Translations under genes and position numbers: made by a program
From: Raja brachyura
Lineage: Eukaryota
Direction: 5' to 3'
NCBI GenBank assembly: GCA_963514005.1
Contig: OY740791.1
Location: forward strand, 39,928,001 to 39,992,000
DNA length: 64,000 nt
Notes under the pieces: model-generated
What the model was told of the DNA's origin: nothing
Database searches by the model: none
What the model saw: only the letters and a program-made list of their open reading frames with translations
Part shown: piece by piece, positions 63,153-64,000 of the stretch
Numbering within the stretch: the first letter of the stretch is position 1
Layout of the letters: every line of letters starts with the position of its first letter

Positions 63153-64000
63153 CTGAGAAATGAAAAGAGCTGCTCAGTAAGGATACAACGCTCAAATGAT
63201 GAATTGCTGCATAATAACATAGAATCGACTATCTTCAATTTAGCCAGTGTAACACACAATATTTAAAATTAAAGCAATTCAGTCATTTGAATTTTAAGAT
63301 TAAGATTAGTTTAGAATAGAATACAAACCACACAGGCAATCATTAGTGGTTACAAATAGACTTCTTGCATAGCTCTGACACAGTTGGAAATGTTCACAAT
63401 ATGAACGTTATGATATTCAATATTTGGTCTCCTCTGCATTGTGGTCCACTGCAACGACCCGGTTTTTGCCACTTTTATTCTCAACCCCCATGCCTGCTCT
63501 GAGCTATATGTTTCTGACCTCCCCATGGTTACAACAAGCCCCAATGCAACCTCTATGCAGATGTGCTGAAGTTTTCTGAAGTCTAAACATGTTTTCCAGC
63601 TTTAGGTAACTTGCTTTTAACCATCCATTTCAGAACTGGCCATTTTTGCCAGTCATCCATTTATGATTTGGGCTCTATTTTCCTCTCCTCATTAGTACAG
63701 CCTGACCCACAAATGACAACACCTAACATAGACAAAGAGTACGTGCCTCCAACTGCCACATTTGGTCTTACGTAATCATAGATGTTCCCTTTATTCTACT
63801 TGGCTCCCCCTAACTTGCTCTGACCTGCTGCATGCACCAACATTTTTATTTTTATTTCAGATTTCCAGCATTTGCACTTTTTATTGATTTTCATTTGTAG
63901 TTATGAAAGTGCATACGGTATGAAAATCTGTTATGAAAATTTGGCAATCCAAGTTATGTTTTTTTAAAAAAAGAACACCAACTTAGTCATCAAAGTACTG

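Overview
Repeat-dense vertebrate genomic DNA. The CR1, Penelope, Rex1 and SINE families suggest a cartilaginous fish, probably a skate or ray (inference). Host genes, all on the minus strand: two TIM/HAVCR-family copies (a truncated one at 1.07-1.95 kb and an apparently chimeric one with an intact IgV exon at 25.9-27.1 kb), and the last two coding exons of FAM193B (61.5-63.2 kb; GC-AG intron). Mobile DNA: many CR1 fragments; Penelope GIY-YIG fragments with hammerhead-like cores; Rex1/Babar fragments; hAT, Harbinger and Helitron-like elements; and a full-length L1 with a single nonsense codon, nested in a 7-bp-TSD DNA transposon that itself sits in a CR1. The standout is a 6.36-kb class I endogenous retrovirus (48380-54741) with near-identical 485-bp LTRs and a 5-bp TSD. 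Its gag region holds two tandem matrix-like modules followed by an intronless, decayed fragment of the host FCHO2 F-BAR membrane-bending domain, which no ORF in the supplied track reveals. All homology calls come from remembered sequences and motifs, not from database searches.
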